A stretch of DNA of 64,000 nt from Schmidtea polychroa (taxonomy: Eukaryota). The notes under the pieces are model-generated. The model did not search any database. It was not told the DNA's origin and saw nothing but the letters and a program-made list of their open reading frames with translations. Below are positions 15,420 through 28,980 of this stretch, piece by piece (the first letter of the stretch is position 1; each line of letters begins with the position of its first letter). The position numbers and the translations under genes are program-made. Location of the stretch: the NCBI GenBank assembly GCA_044892525.1, contig CM097885.1:30754001-30818000 (forward strand), written 5' to 3'.

Positions 15420-18400
15420 ATGAGCAGTGAATCTGTCGAAGTACATTCTTATTATTGAAATTACCTTTTTTACTGTCTTTTGAAAAACTTTCAGTGTCCA
15501 TTATGTATGGAACCCATGGATTTTGATGATGTGGACTTTTACCCTTGTCCTTGCCGATATCAAGTAAATAATTAGTTCAAAATTAGTATGGTGTATCATG
15601 TTTATTGCTATTATAGATTTGTAGATTTTGTTGGTATAAAATTATTAATGAAGAAAATGGATTATGTCCTGCTTGCCGAAAGGTGAAAAAATATTTTTCA
15701 ACCAACATTTAATACAGAAATTTTATTTGATTTAGCCATACAACTCTGAGCATCCGGCTTCATATAAACCTCGTACAGAAGAAGAGTATGAATTTTTAAT
15801 TTTATTTTAAAGAAATATTTCCCAATTAGTTTTAATAAAATTGACATCTTGAAAATTAATATGAAATATTAAGATTCATTAATCATGTTTTTTTGAAGTA
15901 TATTTAGCTAAAATAATTTTTTTTAAATTCACTTAAACCTATTTATATAATTATGAATTCTATATTTAATAAAAGTTAATTATTAATGTTCATGATAGTA
16001 AGTTGATATAAAATGATTTTCCGCCTCAAATTGTATATTAAACTAAATTTCTCATTCGTTTGTTATATTAATAATTCCTTAAATTGAACTGACTAGTTTG
16101 GAGTATTTATAAAAGATAATGTCAACATCAATAATTGTAGGGCTTAAATGATAATAAAATAAGATTGTCATTCTTTCATTTAATGCCTAATCGAAATTTT
16201 TGGTTATAAATAACTCATTTTAGGACACCTTAATTTAATTACATAATGTCCTAATACGGGAGGATGAGGTAAAAAAAATGCGATAATATAGGGATGGGTT
16301 AAAGTTATTCATTTACTCGTTACGTAATTTGTTGAACAATTCATACGATAGCGCTGTTTGTTTATTTTCTAAAACTCCTTACAGTTGATTTTTCTAAGAG
16401 TTTATAAAGCTCCCAATAAATCGGAATAATATAGCCAACAGTGATGCCAGATCCGCAAAAAGGTTAAACAAACGCATTTCGATTATATTTTCAACATATT
16501 AAAATCAAGGTAATCTAAAAATGATTTAAAATTTTTTTGTAAAATTCGTTTTTTTGGCTCGGAATTGTTATTTTGATATCGATATTTAAAAAACTGAAAA
16601 TTTACAAAACATACACTCAAATTCACGGTATCCCTCATTAGGTCGCGTTAATTAATTCTATTGGACTATTAATAGCATTTAATTATTTATATATTAATGC
16701 AATTCAACTGAAAACAGATAATTTACAAATTGGGAAAAAACATAAAATAAGATTAAATATGTAAAAATCGATAAATTAATTTGAGGATAACTCCAAATAC
16801 TCAACAAAGGCTTAAATGACCATTAAACAATTTTTACCGTTTAAATAATAATTAAAATACTTAACGACAAACGGTAAATCAATTATTTCCTCTTAGCACC
16901 AGAAGTTTTAAGTTTTAATCAAAATTAAACTGCTTTCCCATCATTTTAAAGCTTAACATCTGTTTTAGTATAACGAATTTCTCAAAAATCCATATAAATC
17001 ATGCCCACCTATGAGGCCATGTGTGTCGTTATTAAGAGAACCAAATTAGCATCTGTTAATTATTAATATTACTCAAAATTTAGAAAATAAAACCCCAATT
17101 TTTTCGCTGTTGCCTCACAGTTATCATTTCTGGATAAATATAATATAATGATATGGTAATCTAATTAACATCTGTCATCGAAATCCAATCGATAGACTGA
17201 AATTTTGGAACTCGAAATTAAACCAAATGAAGTGTCTGTGAATTTATATTTATCTCACTGTTAGAATTGAGCAATCAATATAAAATATGGATTGTTTCTC
17301 ACCCGCCTACTGCTAACCACCTTAATTGACCAACCCGGCATGTACAATGGAAAACACGCCTAAAATTAGTTTTCATTTAAATGATAAGCAAAAGAACATT
17401 TCTAATCTTTTTAATAACCAGCATTAAAACTTCCGATATAATATTTCCACCGGTTTTCTACTCTTTACTCGGTATATCGTTAGCAAGGAAACCTTCACTT
17501 TATAATTTCAAAGGTTATCCGTGTATAGAGGGTTGTCATTCAGTTCAACAATATGAAATCTCAGAAAACACTAAAAATTAACAAACATTAAGTTCCACTT
17601 TATATTTTTAAATAAAGACAAATAATAATAATTGACGTAAATTTTGTCAAGTACCAAAAATCGTTTTAAAAATAAAATCTATACATAAGGTACATTTAAA
17701 TAATTTCTAAGCAATATTGGTTCTGTCATGTTAATGGGTCGGAAAAAGTGAGCCTCATCTATAAAACTACTGATACGTTGAAAACTCTAGGATACATGAG
17801 TTACAATAGAAGGTATCATACTCTAGGAAGCCTATGCTATGTAGGTTACAATAGAAGGTATTATACTGGCAAATGTATCAGTTAGGCCTAGGGTGCATGG
17901 GGGCAATAGAAGATATACTCTAGGAAATGTATCATCAAATCGAGGGTACATGAGTTACAATAGAAGGTAATATATTCTAGCAAATGTATCAGTTAGGCCT
18001 AGGGTACCTGGGGGACATTAGAAGGTATTATACTGGCAAATGTATCAGTTAGGCCCTAGGGTACGTGGGGGACAATAGAAGATATACCCTAGAAAATGGA
18101 TATGTATCATCAAATCTAGGGTACATGAATTATAATAGAAGGTATTAAACTCTTCCAAATGTATCAGTTAGGCCTAGTGTACATGGAGGACAATAGAAGA
18201 TATTCTCTAGGAAACGTATCATCAAATCGAGGGTACATGAATTATAATAGAAGGTATTAAACTCTAGCAACTGTATCAGCTAGGCCTAGGGTACCTGGGG
18301 GACATTAGAAGGTATTATACTGGCAAATGTATCATCAAATCCAGGCTACATAGTTTACAATAGGGTACATAGACTAGTAAATTACTGTAGATAACCCAAA

Positions 18401-19424
18401 AATGTAATGAAAGTTGATGAGTATAATGAAAAACAATTCCCTTAATAAATTAATTTTTTAAAACATAATTCAATTATTCAACTTTCTTTTTCATTTGATA
18501 ATTTAATTACAAACAAACTCGTTTTTCTCCACTTGATTAAATAATTTACTGTAATTTTCAATTAAAATTTCCCGAACAACAAAAACAACAGCAATACATA
18601 TGAGTGTTGTTTGTAATCATTATTTATTATTGATTAAACGCGCACCATAACTATATTGAATGAGAAATTGCTAATAAATTGGGTAATATTTCTCATCGGA
18701 TCTCTGGAATATTATAATTGATCGTAATTGTGATTACAATAGAATTAAAAACAAACTGAAAAGTTCAAAAAAGGTCTGTCCAAAAAAAGGGAAGCCCGCG
18801 CCAGAAGGCAAAGAATATCTATCAGAATATCGAGTATTACAAAAGAATCTAATATTCGTAGTCGGCCTGCCAATGCGCATGGCCGATGAAGTGGAATTAT
18901 TGAAGGGGTCAGATTACTTTGGTAAATGCGGCAAAGTTTACAAAATAGTTATTAATCAAAATCAAACTTTTCCCGGTCCTCAAGTAAGAGTTTAATTTGT
19001 TTATTTATATATAATTATCATTAACAATATCGCATTAAATTCTCTAAATAACTTGAATAAAATACTAAAACAATAATTAAGTGAAAATCTATATATAAAT
19101 ATAAATATAAAATGGGAAAAGTTAGTTAAGAATTAAATACAAATAAAAATGTAAATTGAGAAAGTTTTTATTTATAATAAAATATGATAGTTTACAATTT
19201 AATACTTTATTATTTAATATTTTTATTATTATATTATTAAAATAATAAAATGATAATTTAAGCCTTTTTCTGCAAATAATGTATTTATTGAAAAAATTTT
19301 CGACTACAAGATAGTCCTTGTCAATCTCCTTTATTGTTTTAAATAATAAATGCTGCTACCAAGAAATCATCATTTTATATTATTATATTATTATTTTATT
19401 ATTATTATTATTATTATTTTATTA

Positions 19425-19495
<71 letters not shown>

Positions 19496-19565
19496 TTATT
19501 ATCATTATTATTATTATTATTTTATTATTTTTATTATTATTATTTTATTATTTTTATTATTATTA

Positions 19566-19614
<49 letters not shown>

Positions 19615-19626
19615 TTATTATTATTA

Positions 19627-19675
<49 letters not shown>

Positions 19676-19713
19676 TTATTATTATTATTATTATTATTTT
19701 ATTATTATTATTA

Positions 19714-19774
<61 letters not shown>

Positions 19775-20984
19775 TTATTTATTGATCCGGTTACAATTAA
19801 TAATGTGCAAATTGGGGTAAAATCATATAGGACATAGAAAATAGAAAAACAACTGGAACTTAGCCGAGAACAGTATTTGTACAGAGATCGATATATGAAG
19901 TGCAAAATAGTTATTAGAAGCACTTTTAGGTGTTACGTATAAGAACCGCGAAGTGTGAATAACCCCGATGTGACCATTAAACCCCAATAACATCAAAAAT
20001 GATATTATTGGTAAATTCTTTCAAGTTATCGATTTTTCCTGCCCAAAAACATTATCTATCCTGTTTAAGATAGAATTTAAATAGAGACTTGAATCTTTTT
20101 CCGATTAAAACGATTTCTCCTTGAATATTAGTTCTGTAATCATAAACTTTCTATGCAATAACTGGTCGCATATAATTGGAACAAGTTGATATTGGTTGAC
20201 ACATCCAACCGTTTCCTTTAGGTTTCATATTATCGATCTTATCACCGATTAAGATGCTTCTTTAACTGCCCATTGATTGACTGGGTTTTTTTCCAGTTCA
20301 AACTTTCTTTACATATGTTTTTTTTGTGTCGTCTATTTTCAAGTGGCTTTTCTGGCAACAATAAAAAATATGTCGTTTGAATATCTTGTAAAATTTAATT
20401 TATAATTTTTAATATTTTTTATATAAAAATAGTCTTTATACACAAAATCAATATTTTTTTCTACTCTGAAATTCAATTTGCCCACAACATAGTTGTAAAA
20501 TTTCATAAACAAAAAATTGTTCACAATAATAGTCAATATTGGTAATATTTCTTATGTGTACGAAGTATTGATTAAATAAAATATTATTTCTATTATGTTA
20601 TTTTATTATTATTATTATTATTATGATTATTATTATTATTATTATTTTTATTTTATTATTATTATTTATTATTTAATATTTTAATATTATTTTATTATTA
20701 TTTAATTTATTAATATTATTATTTTAATTTTATTATTATTCAGTTAATATATTAATATTATTTTATTATTATTATTATTTTATTTTATTATTTTTATATT
20801 ATTATTTATTATTTATTTATTTATATTATTATTTTATTTTTAATATTTTAATATTATTTTATTACCTTAATATTTTTATATTATTTTATTACTATTCTGT
20901 TAATTAATATATTATTTTATTTTTAATATTTTAAGATTATTTTATTATTATTCTGTTATTTAATATATTAATATTATTTTTTAA

Positions 20985-21039
<55 letters not shown>

Positions 21040-24000
21040 TAGCTATTTTCATTTACTCAATTATGAGATTGTATAAATAGATATTGATTAAATAGAAAAG
21101 ATCTAAAATTCATTTTATAATAAAATGACATATTCAGGGAACTCCGTGTTTAAGTGCTTATGTCACATACCACCGAAACGAAGATGCATTAAAAACTCTT
21201 GTCGATCTAAAAAAATTAGAAATCGACGGTAGAGTTGTAAAATTATCTCTGGGAACAACAAAATACTGTAGTCAGTTTTTACGGAACCGGAAATGTACAA
21301 AACAAGACTGCATGTATCTTCATGAGATGGGTGATCAAGCTGCCAGTTTTACTAAAGAAGACATGGCAAACGGTAAACATACCGACTATGAAAATCAGCT
21401 AATCCAAGAATATCATGATATATTGAAACTCATTATTGTCAATGTTTGTACATCTTCATCGACATGTACCACAACATCGGTTACAAATACTGATTGTGCA
21501 ACACCTACCCAAAGAAAAACCAGTTTGACAACCAGTTCATCAATTAGCGCAGCAGCAGCAGCAGTTGTAGTACCGAATCTTTTACCATCTACCGCCACAA
21601 AGTCTCAGCGTCCGGGTTTAATCCAAATGACGCCAATTGGAACCGACCCGAATGATGCCAGTAAACTCTATTCAGTTTCTGGCGAAATTAGCAATTCAAA
21701 AGTAACCGTCAGTAAATCCACCACAGAATTAACCTCTAGCGTTTCGAAAGATATAAACTATCAGCATAGTATACTAGATAACAATTCTCAATTATCAAAT
21801 GTCGTATCACATCCAAGTGAAATATTAACCAGTACACTGAATTCCACATCTCCCCTGTCACGGGTTTCAGATCAGAAATCATTTATGAACAGTTTGAATT
21901 CAGTTGGTTCGTCGAATTCTCTGCTGGAAAGTTTCTACCAGTTAAATTCTCAAAACCACGCCGCAATCAACAATAACAACAATAATAATAACAACAACAA
22001 CAACAATAATAATCAGTCATACGATCACAACATTAATCAACAGGCAAACAACAACGGTGTGCTTAACTACGGTCAGTATCAGTATCGAAACGAAATGGAT
22101 ATAAATCGCATATTTGGCTCGGAGAAACCGAATTCACATTACGATCAGAAATATAAAGATACAGCCGATATAGATTTTGATCCGATTAATGTTTCCCGGC
22201 AAGCATTGGCTGAAATGATTGCCGTTGAAAATCGTCAAAAAATGACTCCGATCAATAATTATATACCAAATAACAAATTGCTAACGAGTGATGTCTTATA
22301 CGCAGCCCCACAACGCAACATGCTTCGACCAAATCCAAATGAATTCTTAATGCAACAGAATAATGATTTTTTCACATTAAACTCTCGTGCACCGGGACAG
22401 CCATTTATTCACGATAATAAACCGTCTCCCAGCGAATCGAGACTCAATCAGCAAATGTCCAATCTAAATCTAGTTGGAAATTCAAACAATATTATTCCTA
22501 GCACTTCAACTGCTGTGCAATCACTTTCTTCCGGTTTCCCATCACCTCCTCCTGGGTTTGAGTCAACAAGCAATAACAATTGTCTTGGTGATCCGTCATC
22601 CAATGATATTATGACTATGATAATGAATTCAAACAATGTTGACATGTATCCAAGGTATCAGAATCAACACTCAACTCCAGATCTTCAATTGGGAATGAAT
22701 CATAATCAGTTCAATAATCAGTTTCCTATCAATTATAACTGTCAAAATCAGGTAGCTACTTTTATCATATTTTGTATTGTTAAATTCCATTGCATTATGA
22801 TAATAGCAATTATTATTATATCCAGCGATATAAATATTAGTTTCCTGTTAGTAATTCGTAATTATAGAATTTCTATTCTAATTTATTGTTATATTTAAAT
22901 TATCATTGATACTCTACAACTAATTTGAAACTCCTTCCAATCATTGGCTGATTGGCTAAAAATATATTTGATCTGTAATTTCATTAAATTAATGATTTAC
23001 AATAATTATTTTAAATCAATATTATTAAATTAATGTTTTACGGTAATTATTATAAATCAATAATGGAGATCAATATTATTAAATTAGTTTTTACGGTAAT
23101 TATTAGAAAATCAATAATGAAGATCAATATACTGAAGATAATAATAACGAAGATTTTTTAATCATTGTCTAATTGGCTAAAGATATATTTGATCTGTAAT
23201 TCATTAAATTAATGATATACAATAATTATTTTAAATCAATATTACTAAATCAATAATGAAGATCAATATTAGTTGAATAATTGTTATATTTAAATTGTCA
23301 TTGATACTATACAACTAATTTGAAACTCCCCTTCCAATCATTGGCTGATTGAATAAAAATATATTTGATCTGTAATTTTATTAAATTAACGATTTACAAT
23401 AATTATTATGAGTCAATAATGAAGATCAATATTGTTAAATTTGTTTTACAGTAATTATAGTAAATCAATATGGTTATATATTAAAAAGAGAGCTTGAAGA
23501 CTATAAATCAGTTTATATATCGATGTTTTGATACTCACGAATTTTCGGCACTGCCTTTTTCAAGTGAATTTATATATCGATTACAAGTAATTACAAATAA
23601 ATGTAATTTATTGATTTGGATTTGGATAATAACTTTTAATTTTAATCGATAAAATGACATTTTAATTTCAATGCTCTCTAAAAATATACTTTTCTCTATC
23701 AAATAGTGGATTATTTGTCTCTAGTCGGGCAGTAATTTTTTGAATAAATATTTTACAATAATTTTTTATTTTAATCAATTATGCAATATTTCCATTCAAA
23801 TGCAACCGGCAATCGATTACACCCATTCAACTTATGTATAATTTATCCCAGTATTTTTGTTACAAAAATCATTGACATTTAACATATTGATTGGAATTTT
23901 TAAATACACTTTTCTCTATTGATTTAAAAGATTCTATCCAAATTTCACCAGGAAATCTCCATTGAAACTGCTAAATTATTATCATATTAATTGTTTTGAT

Positions 24001-26099
24001 TTTAGGTCTATGAAAAAAATTAGAATTGTATTGGTTTTTTAAATTATTAAAATTATATGATTTCCCACATTTTCAATTACCGTTACCGTGACTACTGGAC
24101 AAACATTTAATCTGGAATTTAATTTATCCTAATATTGATTAGTATTTTTTCGATATTTGTTTGGGGTTTTCAGTGAAGTGTAAAATTTACAATTATTGAT
24201 CTGATTGACATCAATAACGAATCCCATAATTTCATTGATCAGCAGAATTGATTACAAATATACAAATATACAAAAAATATATAAAATTTTCCATACATTT
24301 CTGGCATAATAACAATGAGTTCTTTAATTATACAGAAACAGCAACTATATAATGGTTATTCTCAATGAAACCAAAATTGTCAATAGCTTTATCTAACATG
24401 ACGATGCCACCAATGTTTCGATACCATTCATTTCTTTCATACGATACTGTATTTAACATAGATTCATCCAATAAATATCAATCTTTAAAACTCGTATAAT
24501 CGTAAAACAAATAAAAAACATCATTTCAAGAATAATTTAATTTAGCGTATTTAATGATTAAGATCACTATGATATCAACGACTTCTTTCATGGCAAAATC
24601 TAACCAATAAAATTAAGAAACCAGTGACCACATTAGCTCAATTCTACCGTTGTATTTAGTTTAAATGCCAAATTTTTTTATTGGGAATTTTTGGTGCTTG
24701 ATAAGCAATCGCCGATTCATTAAATAAATTGTTTATTTAAAGTTTATTAACATTTCAATTTTCTTTTTTTACAAGATAAATTTATAATTTAATTTCCATA
24801 AAAATCAGATGCGCATAAAAGTTCTTTTAAGAACCTATAATTATTGAATTATGAGGTCAAATATTTCCCCATATTTTTTTGGATTATTCTTGATTACAGA
24901 TATTTGAGAATACAAAGTTTTCATGATTTTAAATGCCTTACGATGAACCGATTAAGCAACATATTCACTCCTAGCTTGAAAATAACACTGACAAAATTTA
25001 TTAAAAATTTCAAATTTTTTAAGCACTGTGTTGATACTGAAAATTTAGGTAGTATAAATTTAATAGAAAAACAAAATAACGGAAATTTGGCCAATATTAC
25101 CCTCTTCCCACGAAAAGAGAGCTTGACGTTATTAATACCCATAAAAACTTGAATATTCTTGTAAAATGCTTTTTCTTGTAAATTATTATTGCACATTCTG
25201 AGCCTATTTACAATAATCGACGTAATAAAAAGATTCCAGAAAATCCAAACGCAAAACTAGCGATGAGAAATATTGGATTACAAAAGCTCTACAGTTTCAT
25301 GTCACTCGATCAAAATATATTCCAATATAGGGTACTATTTTCTCGCTTCTGAATACTATACAATTTTGTGTTTTTTTAATAACACTGAACAGATAATAGA
25401 ATAATAGTAATATAAAAATGCTTAATAATAATTATTAATAATTTAAATAATTTAAATAGTAATCAATTAATCGATCAAATTAAAGAAATTTAGATATATC
25501 TTAATAGATGTTCATGTATAAATATATAATTTTAGTACTTTATTGTATCAATAAATCAGGACTTGGTTGACAAATTATCAAATTTTTATAAAGTAAATAA
25601 AGTTAACAGATTTAGTTAAAATCGACTTTCACGATTAAAATTTAGTTCTATAATGCAAAGCTGTATGAATAAATAATTTATCATTTTATAATGCTCTTGA
25701 ACTTTCCCTAGACATAATTTGTATTATTTATAAGAAATCCCGTAAATTAATGCATCATGTTATAGATTTCTACTGGAAATAACTATCATAACGAATTTAA
25801 TTACTCAAATGGAGGCTTGATGTTCAATGACATAAATTCTCAGTCACTGCATGGATCACATTCTTGGAAGAATGCTCAATCAGCGTTCTGCGACAGTCCG
25901 TCTGATATTTCACATGCTGCAATTCGTTCTTCTGGTTATAATAGATCTCATTCGATGAACGAAAATTCAGGTAACCTATCGATTGGATATGTAGAGGAAA
26001 TGAATTTTTATCGATTTTGTTGCTGTAGGAATTAGAAATTCAGATTGGAATGGTTATTCCACTTATACCAGTCCTAATGAATCACATCTGAGTAAATGA
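15420..26099 (+). CDS. CNOT4: CCR4-NOT subunit 4, RING E3 ligase. Exons 15420-15440, 15495-15563, 15617-15682, 15736-15785, 18743-18983, 21138-22751, 25766-25970, 26029-26099
   Basis: Spliced translation gives a C4C4 RING (CPLCME..FYPCPCRYQICRFCW..GLCPACRK), an RRM (RVLQKNLIFVVGL..YFGKCGKV..SAYVTY) and GTTKYC..C..CMYLHE, followed by an N/S-rich tail. All introns are GT-AG and phase-consistent. Confidence 0.96.
17780..18370. repeat. Minisatellite (~55-58-bp degenerate unit) in a CNOT4 intron
   Basis: Recurrent CTAGGGTAC...CAATAGAAGGTATTATACT...AAATGTATCA, about 10 copies. Confidence 0.85.
19385..19775. repeat. Interrupted (TTA)n microsatellite
   Basis: Direct inspection. Confidence 0.95.
22884..23470. 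repeat. Local tandem duplication (~395-bp offset) with internal subrepeats
   Basis: ATTGTTATATTTAAATT..CATTGATACT..ACAACTAATTTGAAACTCC occurs at ~22884 and ~23279. Confidence 0.75.
23480..25300 (-). mobile_element. Penelope-like retroelement remnant in a CNOT4 intron
   Basis: Decayed RT-like (WYRNIGGIVM) and GIY-YIG C-terminal-like (LYI..; FLESIEIK) segments on the minus strand, ending in a hammerhead-like motif. Confidence 0.5.
23533..23569 (-). ncRNA. Minimal hammerhead ribozyme-like motif (Penelope pLTR type)
   Basis: Minus strand reads AUUCAC-UUGAAAA-A-GGC-AGU-GCC-GAA-AAUU-C-GUGAGU: stem I, U3:A8 core variant, stem II, palindromic AAUU stem III. Confidence 0.6.
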
Positions 26100-27479
26100 C
26101 TGTTTAAATGCGAGAGTGTGAGATTTGCAACAGATATTAGCTGCTCTGGCCTGAATTTTTGTCATAATTATTTAAAAATATAACCGTATAAAATGGTTGT
26201 TTTCGCCATTAGTGTAATCGTTGATTTCAATTGGTTTCCTTCTTGTTACATTTGGTCATTATCTGCAGCCTTAAGGGGTTTTGTTGTTTGTTATTATTAT
26301 TCCAATTTTATTCAGTTTTTCAATTGCCAAAGGGATTTTCTGTTTCGCTTTATCTGATTCGTCGTTCGTTATTGTCTTTCTTCTCAGGCTATATTTCCGT
26401 TTAAACCGGGTCCAAGGTATAGACTATGTTTGTAACTATTGAGTCGGTTGCGGAATCGAGAAATCTAAGAGTTTTCGATAATATTAATAATATAGATCAA
26501 TAATATAAACCAATTTAATTAAAAATCGATAATATTAACCAATATATTTATAAAATCAATAATTTTCTATAAATCTATATTAAAAATCAATATATTTAAA
26601 GCCGGTAATATAAATCAATTTAATATATAAATATTATCGATATAATTAAAATCGATAATATAGACCAATATAATCAATATAATATATCAATAATATTGAG
26701 TCAGTTACGGAATTGAAAAATCAAATAAAGTTTTCGATAATATTGATAATATATATATCAATAATATAAACTAATTTAATTAATAATCGATTGTCTATAA
26801 ATAAATATATTTAAAAGCCGATAATGTAAATCAATAATGAAAATCTATTGATCAATCGTGTTAAACTGATTGTTATTTTACTTAATTAATCGGCATTGAA
26901 GAATATTCCATAATTTTAATCAATTATGCCATTTTATTAAAATATTATTTAAAATCGATTTTATCCAATATAAATTATGCATGGCTTAATCTATTTAACC
27001 AAGCATTCCTATTAATCTTTATGTCGATTACAAATTATTGCAATTAAATTTATTGATTTTGATTTTTGTGTTACTTTTAATTTAATCAATGACATGGTAT
27101 TTTTATTTCGATTTTTCTCTATCAAATTCGGAAATTTTTATTCGATAAAATTTATCCATTCAGAACAGCTTTAAAAAAGGAAAAATCAAATTTTGATTTA
27201 TAAATAAATATTTATAAAGCTTTAAACGAAACTAATTTATTTAATTATTACATTTACTGATTTAATTTTTGCCTTTACTGATTCATAGTCAAATTTTTTA
27301 ATAAATTATTACATTACTTATATTTCAAATATATAAATTCTTCATTAAAATGTAAATTAGCAGATAATCAATTAAAATCAATTTATTAATTATTTTATAG
27401 TTTAAATAATTAATTTGTTGAAATATAAATATAAAACATTTCTAAAAGAAATTCCAATTACATATCGAACTAATTAAGC

Positions 27480-28300
27480 AGAAATAGATGGATAGAAATG
27501 GATTTTCAGGTGACATTTTGGTAACAATGGGATAGTTTCATGAAAGATTTTGGAAAAAGCAATCTAGAAAATTCGTGTTAAATATAAAAAAAATAAACAG
27601 TTTGAAAAGAAATTTTGAAAAAATCAATAGTGAAAAGTAACATTTACGATTGTAAAATAATTTGTGGAATTCTAAAAAATGAGAAATACAAGAAGGATAA
27701 AGTCAAATGAGGTTTCTTTACAATTAAAATATTTGAAAGAGGAAGTCAAATTTATCAAATTGTAGTTGGATTAATAATTTCAAAATTGAAAGCAAATGTG
27801 TTGAAATTAGGAACTAACCCAGAAAAGGTTTCTTTGTAATTGAAAAATTTGGAAGAAAGTCAACTTTAGAAGAAAGTGATTGGATCAGAAAATTTATTGA
27901 CTGAAAACCTTCAAAAAATACATTGCAGCAAATTAGTGTTACATTAAAAACAATGTAAAATTAGAGAAAAAAATTGACTGAGAAAAGCTAAAAAATTGTA
28001 ATTATAGAAAAATAATGCATAACATTTGAAAAACTGTAAAACGAAAACAGATAAATGAAGTTTCTTTGGAAGAGGAAATTGAATTCGGAAAATGTTTTGT
28101 TTTTATTTAAGCAAGTGTCGATAATCCATGGTAAATATATTGAAAAATAATAACAAAGCTGTAAACACAACGAAGTGGAATTAATTTTGAGGGAAATCAA
28201 TAGAGACATTTCAACAAGAGTGGAGTTTAAGGTAAAATTAGGTTTCGTTGGAAAATTAATTTAAATTGGCGTAACAATAGACTGGAATGACTCCATTGGT
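27480..28300 (+). mobile_element. Decayed LINE reverse transcriptase fragment
   Basis: Weak RT C-terminal-like motifs (NPEK; IEFGKCFVF..; REINR) with many stops. Confidence 0.35.
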
Positions 28301-28847
28301 TATTTCTCGATTTTCATACAAATCATATGAAATGGTTCGTATTTCCGGGATTATATTGACAAATTATAAAAAGCACTATTGAATAATATGGAATTTATTA
28401 ATTGGATTTTACTAAGATAACAAATCTATATGTTCAAGATAACAAATGGATTGATTATTCGAATGACAAATATTATAACTAATTTTTTTAAATCGATTAA
28501 AATTCTCTCAAACGGCTGTTGTTATTTTTGTGAAAAATAGGGTTATTTGAAATGTTTTAACGTCTCTCTACGCGGGAACATATTGATCAATTATTACATT
28601 GGATGAAATTGTAATTATAAATTACTAATAATATGATAATAATAACTGCAACTTTTTTGATTTCATATATTACCATACGATTCTATGATAAATAATTTGA
28701 CATCTTAATACCTGTTATTAATAAAATCAATAATCATGTTTTATTGATTTATTGGAAATAAATTCATTTTACCCGATAATATATCAGTAAAAAAAATTCA
28801 CTATCGATTTTTTAAAAACTGTGTGATTGATAATAGGAAAAATAGTA

Positions 28848-28980
<133 letters not shown>

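Noticed and set aside
17780..18370. CRISPR-like repeat array
   Set aside because: Degenerate tandem units with no unique spacers, no cas genes, and located in a eukaryotic intron.
21312..22898. 528-aa ORF as a standalone gene
   Set aside because: It is exon 6 of CNOT4 reading on into the intron after 22751.
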